Of a DNA stretch of 64,000 nucleotides, positions 1-12,800 are shown one piece after another. Position 1 is the first letter of the stretch. Each line of letters begins with the position of its first letter. The stretch is from positions 463,601-527,600 of the forward strand of contig NMRA01000030.1 of NCBI GenBank assembly GCA_002633005.1. The letters run 5' to 3'. The stretch comes from Phoronis australis. Lineage: Eukaryota > Animalia > Phoronida. Both the position numbers and the translations under genes were made by a program. The notes beneath the pieces were generated by a model that saw nothing but the letters and a program-made list of their open reading frames with translations, was not told the DNA's origin and searched no databases.

Positions 1-3000
1 GGTCATATCTGAAGTATTGGATCAAATGGGATTTTTTGGTTTTATAAGAATGAAAATTAATCATGTCAACAATTATATAAATCTTCAAAAGGATTTCTTC
101 CGTTAAATGTTTAGTATGCCAACATTGACTACACTGTCAACAGAACTGTCATGGTACAGCAACACACAACTAAATAATTACTTCGTTTATGATTACAAAC
201 ACATGGAGTCATAATACGAGTTGTTCCAACACAAGTGTTTGAAAGAACGAGACTTATAATTATACAAATAAGGACCAATCAAGACCAAAAATCAAGTTTG
301 ATAGATTAAGGTCTGTATAACCCAGTATGTGCAAGAGATTGATCCAAGTTTTAGGTTCTATTATACTATCACATGTCCCTTTCTTCAGATTTCTTCATTT
401 TTGCTATATTGACACGTTTTTAGCTGTTATGCTGTACGTCATCTACTCATTTTGTTTATGCGATCTGGAGTTTATAGTCTCTGTGGCCCATAATTTGTCA
501 GTTTGTTCACATACATGTTGTCTGAAAACTGACACTGGCCAGCCAGGTAACATCACCTAATAATGGGAATCAACATACTGCGTTTTAGCCAATCAGAAGA
601 CAGAAACATCAATTACTTTAACTTGTAATAATGCATGAGGTAGCATGCTCCACATCAGAAGGAAGTACAAATTGTTCCAGATGAATTTGACATGGATTAT
701 AGCGTGAACTCGACATGAATATCATCATAATTCTAGGATTGTTACTCGTGACCCTCACGCAATGAGTCAAGTTCTGCTTAAATCAGGTTCCAAGTTTCAG
801 CTAGTCCGTTTTAAAAGAATTGTCTACACTACGAGATATCAATGATAGCAAGCTTCAGCAGTAGTGCGGACGTTATTTACACGGGATAACACGACACATG
901 CGAAACAATGCATCCCACCTTACTGAGGTGGTTGTTCTGGAGTTATTGGAGTAACTAACCCCCACCTTATTGAGGTAGGGCAACCACAGTACCTTGTCCC
1001 AGCACAAGTCATAATGTGGTCACAAACCTGCAGACAAAATTAGGCAGAAGTAATTACCATTTCTGCCCTTGTTCAGTTACATGCGGGTGTATATTCCTGT
1101 TTTTGCCATATTTGCCATATGGTGAAGGGTGTACAGTGAGGACACTTGGCTGAACAGAGGCAAGTTGATCTAGAGCAAATTGTTCTAGAATAACTTGTAG
1201 TGTGAACATGACTTAACACAAGCTGATCTCACTAAAAGCAAGTTGCTCTAGGTTAACACATAGTGTGAATACAAGGTAACACAACTAGGTGAAAACTTGG
1301 AATAACTGGTACAAGGAGCAACTGGGAAATGTATTTGTTTTAAAAGTAATTCCTTTAATGAAGTATTTCATGTAGAAACAATGAGAAATGAATTTTAAAG
1401 CATTAGGTATCAGCAGAGGAAAGATATCAGTTTCTGGTTGATTTAATGTGATTTAATGTGTCATTCAACAAAGTAAAGGACATTTATCATTGGCTAACAG
1501 TAAGTAATAAATCAACATAAATATTCGTATTAAGAAAACTGAGAGATTACCGAGCTGTGTAAGAGATTAAAAATGTATTCAAGATTTTGCTCAATGGTGC
1601 TCATCAGAATGAAGGAAAACAAAACATTTTTTGTAATTTTGAACAATGGAACACTGGTTATCTTTTCGAGACATTAGAATTCACCTTCTGTACAGGTAAA
1701 ACATGAAGTTAAATCAAGACTCTTAAATCAAGCATTTATGGGCAAATGTGACCGTTTCCACGAACCTGAGACCTTTTTATCTTGACACTTAGCACTGTAC
1801 ACACATATTTACAAAATCTCTTGACAATAAATACAAAATAAACTTATTGGTCAAAAGCGATAATCAATTTGAAAGAGGATTTTTAAAGAATATCTTTGTG
1901 GGTCTGTGGAAACCACATAATCAGCCAGGGACAAGTAATTCCTCTCTGGTTAAAAACTCGAACTAAAACTAATTGCCTTTTGAAGACAATGCAAGTAGGA
2001 AGGGTTTAGGTCTCTACGGATGTCATTCATCATTACAACAAATCAGTCTTTTCTCTACACTGTTCCACAGCTAACGCTACCCATTGATTTTCAATTCACA
2101 GTCTGAAAACGCATCAATATTGGCTGGTCTTTAAGCAAGCCATTGTCACACCACTACACAGTAGAGTATCCCATATGAATGAAAAATAAAGGTGATTAAA
2201 ACACAGTCAACCAGCGTGTTCTAATTATGACTAATGGAACTCCCTTTATACTTCACCAATTTTCAAAATTGTTTCAGGCGTCTCATCTATTAAGTCTAAA
2301 ATTCTTCATAAGTCATTAATTAGAGTGCTATGTTGTATTAATATTGGTGAATACACCACATTTAATTAATGAAATGCACCGACTACGTGATGAAATCCTA
2401 CAAAATACCGATTGTTTGCAATAGCTACACTTTAGAGATACACGAGGATAAGGTTGATAGTAGTGTAACTACATTTATTACCTCACCTCAACGTAAATTA
2501 TTTTAAGTGTGTTGAGCCGTTTCACTATGGAGATAAGTGACCATTAGATGGCCAAAAAACAACAAAAGATGATTATTCATTTATGGGTGTCAACAACTGC
2601 TGTCCATTTCCATAAGATTGAAACCAGCAGTAACAGAAAAAGTTAATTTAGTCCAAAAAGGCAAAGTTGCTTATGGTCTGTGTTTGTTTTGAAAATAGAG
2701 TGGGATGTGTGGAATTTTTAGTTGCTCACTTTTTCAAAAAAGGAAATATACCTGAGATGTGCAAAAATGATGCAAGATTTTTTACTCTGTACTCATTGCT
2801 TGGCAAATCATGGCTTGATAACTCTTACTTAGCGCAGGTTTTCAAATAAAACGAGACATGAAATTAATAAGTGGGGGAAGTTTTTAGTCAGTGAGAGCAG
2901 ATCTCAAAATGAGTCGGGGTACAGAACAGAACCAACTATGGTTTTTCGACCTGATCTGCTGCGGAAGAAATATCTTTATACACAAAACAGGGGGATTAAC

Positions 3001-4166
3001 TCTACAGAGCTACAGCACCACTTTATCGTTCAGAGTTCATAGGTGAACCAAATCCAAGACAGGTCCAGATTACTCAGGGATCTAAACCAAAACTAACATT
3101 AAAACTAAAAAATGCTTTTAAGGCAGTTATTTGTTTCCGACAAAATAAGAATCAGCCAAAGAAACCTTTTCTAATCTTTCACTCAATGGCTAGAAGGTAC
3201 AAATTGAATAAAACCAATTCAGAAAAGAATACTTTGTAACTTTCATGTTTAAGACTGATCTAATAGTACCTGAATAAAACGAATAGAACACGCACGATTC
3301 TGCCAAATGACATTGGAAGTAAATTTTTACACTAGAAATACTGCCTAAGTGGTTTAAATAGTACTGAAACATGAAAGCAAAATTCAAGTCAATACAATAA
3401 AATAGCGTAGACAGGGAAAAATTTGTTTCCCTTCTTTTCATTACAAAATACTACGATTCCCAAGGATAGCTGGGCGTTTATATCCAACACACTGTCTTAC
3501 CAACACAACAGCTGTGATTTCTCACTCAATTCCTATGGCTCCCAACTGAGTGCGATGTGGAACACAACCACTGTCCGATTTCACCCAACATTTTCCCACC
3601 AACCCCCCCACCTAGATCACCTGTGATTACCTTACCAACAAAAGCCATACTCACCACCCATCATGTCGTTTGTAAAAAGTGAGATGAAAAAATAATACCC
3701 ACACCACAACAACACGGAGACACAACACAGAGATTCTAGACTACAGAGCTCAAACAACGTCCAAGGATCATATTGATCCGTTCTTGGGAAGTCTTCTTGA
3801 ATCAGCAAATAGGAGGAGACCTGGCGCACACTGCCATGAATAAATGAATATATTATGAGCAGTTCATGACAACAACACTTCAGTAAGGATTTCTGAGTTT
3901 TCTGCAATTCCGCAACAGTGGAATTAATATCAATTTCAGTTTTAGTAGTAGACACAAAGGAACGAAAAATCATAAAGACGGTAAAAATTACCATTTCTAA
4001 TGTTGGTTTTAGAAGATAATCTGCATAAATTATGCACATGCAATTGAATTACCCCCAAACCCAGAATTCCAGTGGGACGGACATGTCTTTTTATAAAAAG
4101 TAACATTATTTTCAAGAAGGTATCTTTGCATGACTGTGCTAATTAAGAAAAAAAATATTTTCAGCT

Positions 4167-4380
4167 TTAAAGCTGCATTTCATCCTATTCAGCTGGCTAA
4201 AAACAAAAATGAAATTACACCTTTTACTCTCATAAAATCAGCCTCAAAATATTCTTTACCGTGATAGGATTGTATCCTATCCCGGTAAAGAATATTTCAA
4301 GACCAATTCTATGAGAATATTAGGCCCCCAGTCCATTTTCGTTTTTTTAGCCAGTTGAATAGGGCAAAACGCAACTTTAA
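4167..4380. mobile_element. Palindromic (foldback) MITE with TTAA ends, Kolobok/piggyBac-type
   Basis: ttaaagctgcattt...aaacgcaactttaa; arms pair almost to the centre (aatattctttaccg/cggtaaagaatatt). A related, longer copy lies at about 56425-56745. Confidence 0.75.
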
Positions 4381-5679
4381 TTGCAAAATCATAAGATACG
4401 AGGCATCATGTTCACATGAATCTATGAAGGAGTAATAATGTAATACGAGGCATCATGTTCACATGAGTCTATGAAAGAGTAACAGTCACAGGCCACACAA
4501 GTTTACAATCAACACAGACCTCACAATCACTTCTTACGTCATACTGCTAATGTTTTGCAATTGGCTTGGTCTTTCTGTTCATTATTCAACTTGGATCAGT
4601 TGTCATGACTACAATGATATTATTAATGCATAACAATCTTAAACTCCCTCCAGTTGACTATATATGGTAGTTACCCATTCAAAAATACACCACCCGAGTT
4701 CTGCAAAAACTTTCGAATCTTCAGAAACGAGACATTCAAAAATATTTTTCTCACATAACCAACCAATATTTGCATAAGACACTCCACAAAAATAGAGAAA
4801 ATAATTTGATGTTTTAAAGTACAGAAGTACTCAAAAGCCGCACTTCGTTGTTTGATTCTTGATTGTTATAAACTTGAAGCTCTAGATAACCACATTTTGA
4901 AGAAATATTCTTCCAGGGGATAATAAAAAAACTAATTACTAAATGACTAGTAACTGTAAAAGGTATGATTACAGATTCACTACAGTTACTTTCTTCATCC
5001 CGCCTACTTAGTAAGATTAAATTCAATCCATACATTAAACAGTAACTATAGCAACATCATTTTCTAACCATGTAACCATAGAGGCAATCTAGAATCTAGA
5101 ATCAGTTAGGACTGGATTAGCTTCAGTCAAAACATAGCATAAATACTGTCCTCGTTAGACCTCCTAGTGATTATTATCTCATACAACATGGTATTTTTAT
5201 GATTTCGAAGGCTCATATAGGAAATAATGGTAAATGAAACCAGCCGATAAAAGAAATTTAAGAAAACAAACATTGAAATATAAGTTCATGTATTCTCTCG
5301 GGCCTACAGTTAAGAAATAGTCTTGACACAGCACGTTACCCTAAAAGGCACTTGTGTACGGCTCAAAAGGAATGCATCTGTTGATGAAATTTCAAAATGA
5401 TTCACAAGGGGGAGTAGAATATGTCAAATCCATTGGGAATTGCTAAAGTGTCATTGTCCAATCCATAGAAATCTATTTAGTAAATTTCCTAAAAATACAC
5501 CAAGGAATTCAGTAGATACAGAGATAAGTGTAAAAATTACTACTAGTAGTTGGGTTTGTCTGAAAGTCGTTGTCATCACCCTCATGGAAATACATGTATG
5601 CTCTCTAAGTTGGCTTGTCGCGGCAGGACACTAGTTTGGCAAGCTCGGTGACACAGAAATCATTTCTCATCTGAATTAG

Positions 5680-6030
5680 GAACAGTGTTATAGTTCTGTA
5701 AGTCATCTAAAACAGTGTTATAGCTATTTAAGTCATCTAAAACAGTGTTATAACTCAGTAAGTCGTCTAAAATGGTGTTACAGCTCTGTAAGTCATCTAT
5801 ACAGTATTATAGCTATGTAAATCATCTAAAACAGTGTTATAGCTATGTAAATCATCTAAAACAGTGTTATAGCTGTGTAAATCATCTAAACAGTGTTATA
5901 GCTCTGTATGTCATCTAATACAGGGTTATAGCTAGGTAAGTAACCTAAACAGTGTACATCATCTAAGACAGTGTTAAAGCTCTGTAAGTCATCTAAAACA
6001 GTGTTATAGCTCTGTAAGTCATGTAAAACA
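5680..6030. repeat. About 30-bp minisatellite (aacagtgttatagctctgtaagtcatctaa), about 11 copies
   Basis: Direct tandem units visible. Confidence 0.92.
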
Positions 6031-6384
6031 AAAGTCATTTTCACTGACCACACATAACTAATTACAGTTGCTTTAACTAAAATCTGATTGTTGATTATAC
6101 AATTATAAAAATCTGTCTAAATACCACCACAAATAATAAAAGTGTAATAATAATGAATACAACTAAATAAAGAATGACAGAACAGTAATACCTTAAAAGC
6201 TACAATTAGAACAAATAAAATACCAATTACAATACTAATAAAAATAGTAATATAATATCGAGGCCTATTGTTAGGAGGCTTCCCAATCACTGTGGTTCAA
6301 ATGCTCAAAATCTCACTTTGTATAATTATGTTTCAGTGTTAAAAGAGAGACAGGGGTAATACCTTAATTATCATATAACAATAA

Positions 6385-6628
6385 CATTAGTGCACCCAGC
6401 CTAATAAATGGGGGGCTCGAATTTTTGAGAATATGGACTGTTTACTAAGATTCATGAGGTACATTCAGAGCTTAATGTGCATTTACCGAATTTCGATAGT
6501 ACCTACATTTTGCCTCATTTTCTACTTTTTTCTAAGTGTTTGTTTCTCTGACGCGGACATTTTTACTCACTTCACCAAATGGGGGAGGGGCTTGTTTGAC
6601 CCCCCAAGCCCCCCTGGGTGCACGCATG
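6385..6628. mobile_element. MITE with CA...TG termini and 5-bp TSD (aataa)
   Basis: TIRs cattagtgcacccag / ctgggtgcacgcatg; aataa on both flanks (6380-6384, 6629-6633). Confidence 0.7.
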
Positions 6629-6654
6629 AATAAGTGAAATACAACAAAAACGGA

Positions 6655-6882
6655 TATATATATATACATATATTGCATATTCACATTTATATATACATAA
6701 TTTTTATTCATATGTGTGTTTGGGTGTGTGTGTGTGTGTGTAAGTGTGTGCGCGCGCGCGCATACACATACACATATACATACACAGACACCCACCCACA
6801 TATATCAGCAGGAGATCCCCACAGGCAAAATCCCCTTCATTGAGGGCGGACCTACAATACAGTACAATACAATACAATACAA
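6655..6882. repeat. Compound microsatellite (TA, TG, CG, CA) plus (tacaa)n
   Basis: Seen directly. Confidence 0.9.
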
Positions 6883-9800
6883 AACCTTGCATTGTGTGCT
6901 TGATACAATATGTAAATGATTAGTTCTGTACATTGCAATGATAAGCAGTATTACATTAATGTTGACAATGCCTTCAGGTTATGTAGAACCATATCCACAC
7001 AGTTAAGTGGAACCATGTCCACAAGCCTGTGAATTTGTCCAAATATCTACAAAACAAATAGTGATGAACTCTGTAAAAATATTTTCTGAAAGTAAAAAGC
7101 AGGTTTTTAACTTTATACCAATCTGTCATTAATTGGATCAAGAAATGGTGTTAATAAAACTTAACAAAAGCGAAAGATACATTCATAGCAATACAATAAT
7201 TATCAATAACATGGGCAAATTCAAGATGAAATCTCAAAAAAATGTTTCAGTTGCATAACATATTTTGTGTTTGTGTTACACAAGTTATGACTTTGTTTAG
7301 AAAAATCATAAAAGTCCTACTTTTATAGTCCTTCATGTAATAGTGGAACATCTTAAAACAATTCCAAACAAGGATTTAGACAGACTGCATAATGCGTAGT
7401 AAGTATTTCATTAGCCTTCAAGTTGGTACATTGAGCTGTATACTAAATATACAGCTTTTTACTGATGTGGGTAAAAAAGTGGTAAGATAAAATCTTACAA
7501 AAAAATAGTGTCATTAAAAACTACAGTCTTCCTTGAGTAAACCAAATCATGTAACACCGTTGGAAAAAATGGCGTTCTACCATTAATCTGCTGCTAAAGT
7601 TGTGGAGCGAACTTTAGTGACGGCTTTCGGCACCATGAAACATTGTGTCACCTATTGGCCACTTTCTTTTTTTGCCAATTCTTCAATCAACTGTTGTTCT
7701 TTCACGAGGTTGCGTATACGTCACAACAAATTATTGAAACTGGTTTCAGTTCATTATAAATTTTTAGAATTTTGATACCGAAAAAAAAAACGAGTTTCAG
7801 AAGAAATTTTGCTGCTGCTAAGCTCCCGAGAGATATAGCAAAAAATTAGGAAATGGCGCGACAGTGTCATGAGCGTACTGCTTTCAATACGACGACATAA
7901 CTTTTCTTTGTTAGAAAAGGCGGAGGATTACACAAGAAAATGACGTTTATTAGACTGTTTTCCACTTAAACGGCTGTAACTGGCAGTCAGTGTCTTTTGA
8001 TTACCAGATTTTGCATGCACCCCGTCCGGTCTTTAGCTCTACATGTTGATTCAGGTTTCACGGCGGGTTGACGAGCAGAACTTAACCCTGGCAGTGTGCA
8101 ATTTTGGGGTCTGCGAAAGAAATACACACAGTGGTACATAGCTGTATTTTGACGATAGTCTTCATACAGCTAGCTCGCTGGCTAGCATTTCATATGACTC
8201 TGAACAACCATTGCCCAGATATGGAGTACCAAAGTTAGACAAATTGGATATTTTTCTAGGGTCCTATAACCTTCCTGATTGCACCGAAACACAGAAAACA
8301 GAACAAAGACTTCATCACGGAAATTCTCAAGCATTTTTTCTATTGTCATTAGTCAATGACACGCTGACAATGCATAATTAGTTGGCAAGGATCGCATTCT
8401 AATTATGCTAACGAGTTGTCAGTCAATATTGCTAGTAGTATTGGACAAATTTCACTATTCACTATTGCCATGGAAACCAGCGAGACATTGTGTAATTAGG
8501 AATTCTGTTTGTTCAGACTGTCACAGATACCTTTGTATAGGCAGGCCAATAGTTTAGTTTTCACTGTTTGACTTGACTAGTGTTTCAGATGTCAAAATGT
8601 ATACTTGAAGGGCTTCAGAGAAAAAATCAAAGTGTGTGTAAATAGCAAGCAGGTGATGAGGAGCATCAAAGTGGTGTTGTATCTTGGTTGACATTTCCAC
8701 ATAAAAGATATGTACACAGCCAGGCATAAAAATGTCAATAATGCAAACAATGCAAGATTATGATGTTACCCTGTAAATGCTGAGCAAAAAATCATGGGGA
8801 ACTAACCCACTGGTGTAAATCCAGCTTCAATTTTAACTTGTCACATCAGATGTCATAATCATTCAGTTATTACTAAACAAAAGCAAAAATTGATATTTTT
8901 TGTTTCAAAAGTTAACCATCTTGATAAAGTTATATTGAGCATGGTGTACGCCAGCCAAAAAGGTTCAACCTCTAAGTAAAATGTTAAGAATGAAGTTGTT
9001 TATTGATGACCTCGGTGTAACAATAAAAACAAGAAATGTCCACTGGTCTGAGTTCATTTAACTTAATAATTTATCAGAATGACAAAATTCAATCAAAACA
9101 CTTAAGCTCTGCAGCCATGTTAGAATGCAGAAGATATCTGCAAAGACCCCAGATGTTCAAAATATAAGTCAACCAATAAACGATAGGAGACGGAAGAGTC
9201 GCGGGACTTTTGCATATTCTGGAATTGACAAAATTTTCACTTAACCTAAATTCAAGGTTTTGTTCCACAGCAAGATCACTAAAAGAGATGTGCGGGTGAT
9301 TAGATTTTTGTGAAAAAATTGTGGAGACATGTATTGTTGCCAGTAACCATAGCATGTCTTAAGCAACTGCTTATTTTGACAACTGTAACTATCAGTTTGT
9401 CAGAATCATCGATGGCTATTTCCCTTGGAGTACTAGTGCCAACAGTTCAGTAGAAAACTGTTAATAGTCTCATATGTTCAGCCTCAACTATGAAAGCTTA
9501 GCTGGAGAGCTAATGACATAAGAACAATAGGTTTAAAATGTACTCATAGCTAAAACCAAAGAGTACTATCAAGAGCCTTTCGATGACGGTCTGCACTCTT
9601 GTTTACAGAGATCTCGTCTAATAAGTAATGAGTGAGTCTTTCGGAGGATGAGATGACTCCGCACCGAAAGATATTTAAAACTTTAATTTGCCACGAAATC
9701 TCAAAATGTTATGGAATATGTTGAGGCTATTATTTTCTGTATCTATACCCCTAATAGGATTTGGAGTAAATATTTCAAATCTCATGAGGGGTCAAAATCG

Positions 9801-12800
9801 AGAAAGTTTAGCAATAAACAAAAGCAATAACGAAAACAATCAACTTCTGTTGCGTTTGTCATCCATATATTCAGGACCACAGTGAACGTCCATTCAAAAT
9901 TGCACCATGCCTATCACATTTGTGGCCAAATTTTTCATCTTGAAATCTAACTCTTGTAAGTTACCTTTAAGTTATGAAAAGTTTCACCTTGGTGCTGTGG
10001 GATAAATTGTTAAATCAATGATGTGTTCTTCTCACTTATGAGGACAGAATGAGATGTGGAAAGGGGGAATAGATACAGTAGAGATCTGAATCAGACAGAG
10101 AGACAGAATTGCACAGAATGGTCACAGTGATCAGATGTTCGATAAACAACAAGAAAGACTCATACATCTTAAAGGGGTCAGAGCAAAGCCACACACAATT
10201 ATGTGAGTTCAAGGCATGTGTTTCACAAGTAAGCTCTAGACCATACTGTACTAGCATAGAATACCGGAAATGAATCAGCCACCACTGAGATTAAAAATGT
10301 ATTCTGAGTGAAAATTTATGGCATTCTACAAGCAAAGATTTCTTGGCTGTAATTGCATTATGAATGTCTTGCATCGTGTAACACATCCAAGATAGTAATC
10401 TAACAGTGACATTAAAGGTTGAAACAAATATTAATGACTACAGCCAAATTGTTCATTTCATCCCCAATGCACTGGGCAGTGGGTGTCAGAAGTACTAGTT
10501 AATGAAAATGATCATGGTCGTACCTGATGCACCTAAAAGTGTTGGTTTCTGGGATTGAAAATTAATGAAAAATCGTTGGTGCTGAAGAATGAACTGTGGA
10601 ATAAGGAAATCACTAAAAGCAATATGGCTACATGTCAAATGGAAATAAGCTATGGTTCTATGACCCAACACAGGAAAGTGTGCCATTTCCTTAGATAGGA
10701 TTGCAGAATGATTATTGGAGACTATGAATATTCAAAACACACCAGATCTAGAGTGGATAAGGCATTTTCTATTGAAGAACTAGAAGATAACTACTATTGA
10801 CAGCACGCAGAGCCAACACACAACATCCAAATAGTACACATTTTGCATTAACATGCATCTCAAACAGCTTTAGGTCAATATTGTTGAAATGGAGTCTTAA
10901 CTTCATTATGTGGTTGTTACTGATACAGCTTGCAGCATCTCCGCCACTAATGGCTGAAATGGAAATGTAAGTTACCCTAGAGGATCACATCAGTTCAGCC
11001 ATGTTGCCAGCAATGCAAATGAGTGCATTGTTCATGGTGCATTGATGCATTTGCTCTGCTGAACCATGAAATTGTATAGCTTTCACAGAATAATGTAGAC
11101 AATAATGAGCTAAATATCAAACTGCAATTATTTCAAATGAACACTATAAAATTATAACATGCAATTCACAACCTTATCAAACTTTTTTATCAAATATTCA
11201 ATTCAAAAATAGTAGACGTTACATCTCATAATCGTTTGGTAAAAATTCTTCACTAATGGGAGAATATAGAAGAAATCTTTGTTTTTGTACATAACCACAC
11301 CACTGTAAACATACTAAAGCACAACTAATAGCAATGGCTACTTCCTAAAAATACAAGGACAACAATTTCAACTTCAGTCCTAAAAATACAAGTATAACTA
11401 TCTCAACTTCCTAAAAATACAACTATAACAATCTCAACTTCCTGCTCAGTGCAAAATCACTTTGAAAGGGGAAGAAAATCAAGTTCAGAGATTTCAAGAA
11501 TAATCAAATTAATTTCAGAACTAATTTGATTGTCAAGCTAAGCTCCCAAGGCTATACACCAAGGTCAAGGTCATCACTAATGCAGCTGAACAGAGATTGA
11601 GATTGAAACTCCAATACAGTCAGCTGCTCCACTTTGCACTTGTATACTCTCGATCAACCATTCTAAACATCAATCAGTAAAGTATACTTTGAATCCAATT
11701 ATGATTTTTTACTATTACTTTTTGATAATGTATTTTTGTCCATATGCTAAACACAATCAATTGAAACCGTTTCACACAAGACCATATATGGATTTTATAT
11801 GGTATCCTCATGTATAAATGCAATATAAATATAATATGATACATTGTAATAAATTAAGCAGCACATGGTATTAGGGAATTAAATTTATGCAGAGTGCCCC
11901 ATCCATGCAAAGTGGACCTTATTTTTGTTCCAATCTCCAGGGAATATAAAAAATTCTAGAATCAATGTTCAAATGAAGAAAAGGTCAATTCATGGTTTGC
12001 GAAATACTTCTGTCAGATATCGTACCAAAGCTTTCCAAGTAAAAACTTGATTTTTTATCTGAAAATCATGTCAGACTGTAGCTCAAATTGATTGGCACCT
12101 GCAGACACCCCACCCACACCTTGATACAAAGAATGAAGAGTCCACAGCTACCTTAATGAGATAATTGCACCAACACTTTCCACGTAAAAAATGATTTTCT
12201 TGCTGTGACCTTGAAAATAGTGAAAAACTTTATTTTCTCGTGGGTCAGACCTTGAAAATAATGTCAAGGTCACCAAAAATGCCTGGCTCAGGGAGAGGTC
12301 CCAACTACACCATGATAAACAATGTGAGGAAAATCTACAAGTTCTTTCAGGAGATATCATGCTAACAGCATTTTCTAGGTAAAACTTTTCTTGCTGTGAC
12401 CTTGAACAAGATGTCAAGATCACCAAAATCAACTGGCGCCTTGAGATGTCCCACCTTCACCAAAGTACAAAATAAGAACACAATCTACAGCTTCCTTTTC
12501 AAGATATCATGCCAACAACATTGTGTGACATGTGGACGTATGTATGGTTAAGAGTATCCCCATGCTTGGCGCTAATGCATGCCCGGGGAAAAACCATGAC
12601 AGACATGGATTATAAAGGTGTTAGAAAAAAATCACACAGCACACAGTCAGATTTAGGGAGGGTGAGGAACCTGGGTCCCTCTCTGGGTATGACCAAAAGT
12701 GGCTGACAGGGTTTGTACTTTGGACACTGTTGTCAAGCCCAACCCCTGTCCACATCCAAAAGTGTGACATGTCATAACAAAGGCTTAATACAAATAGACA

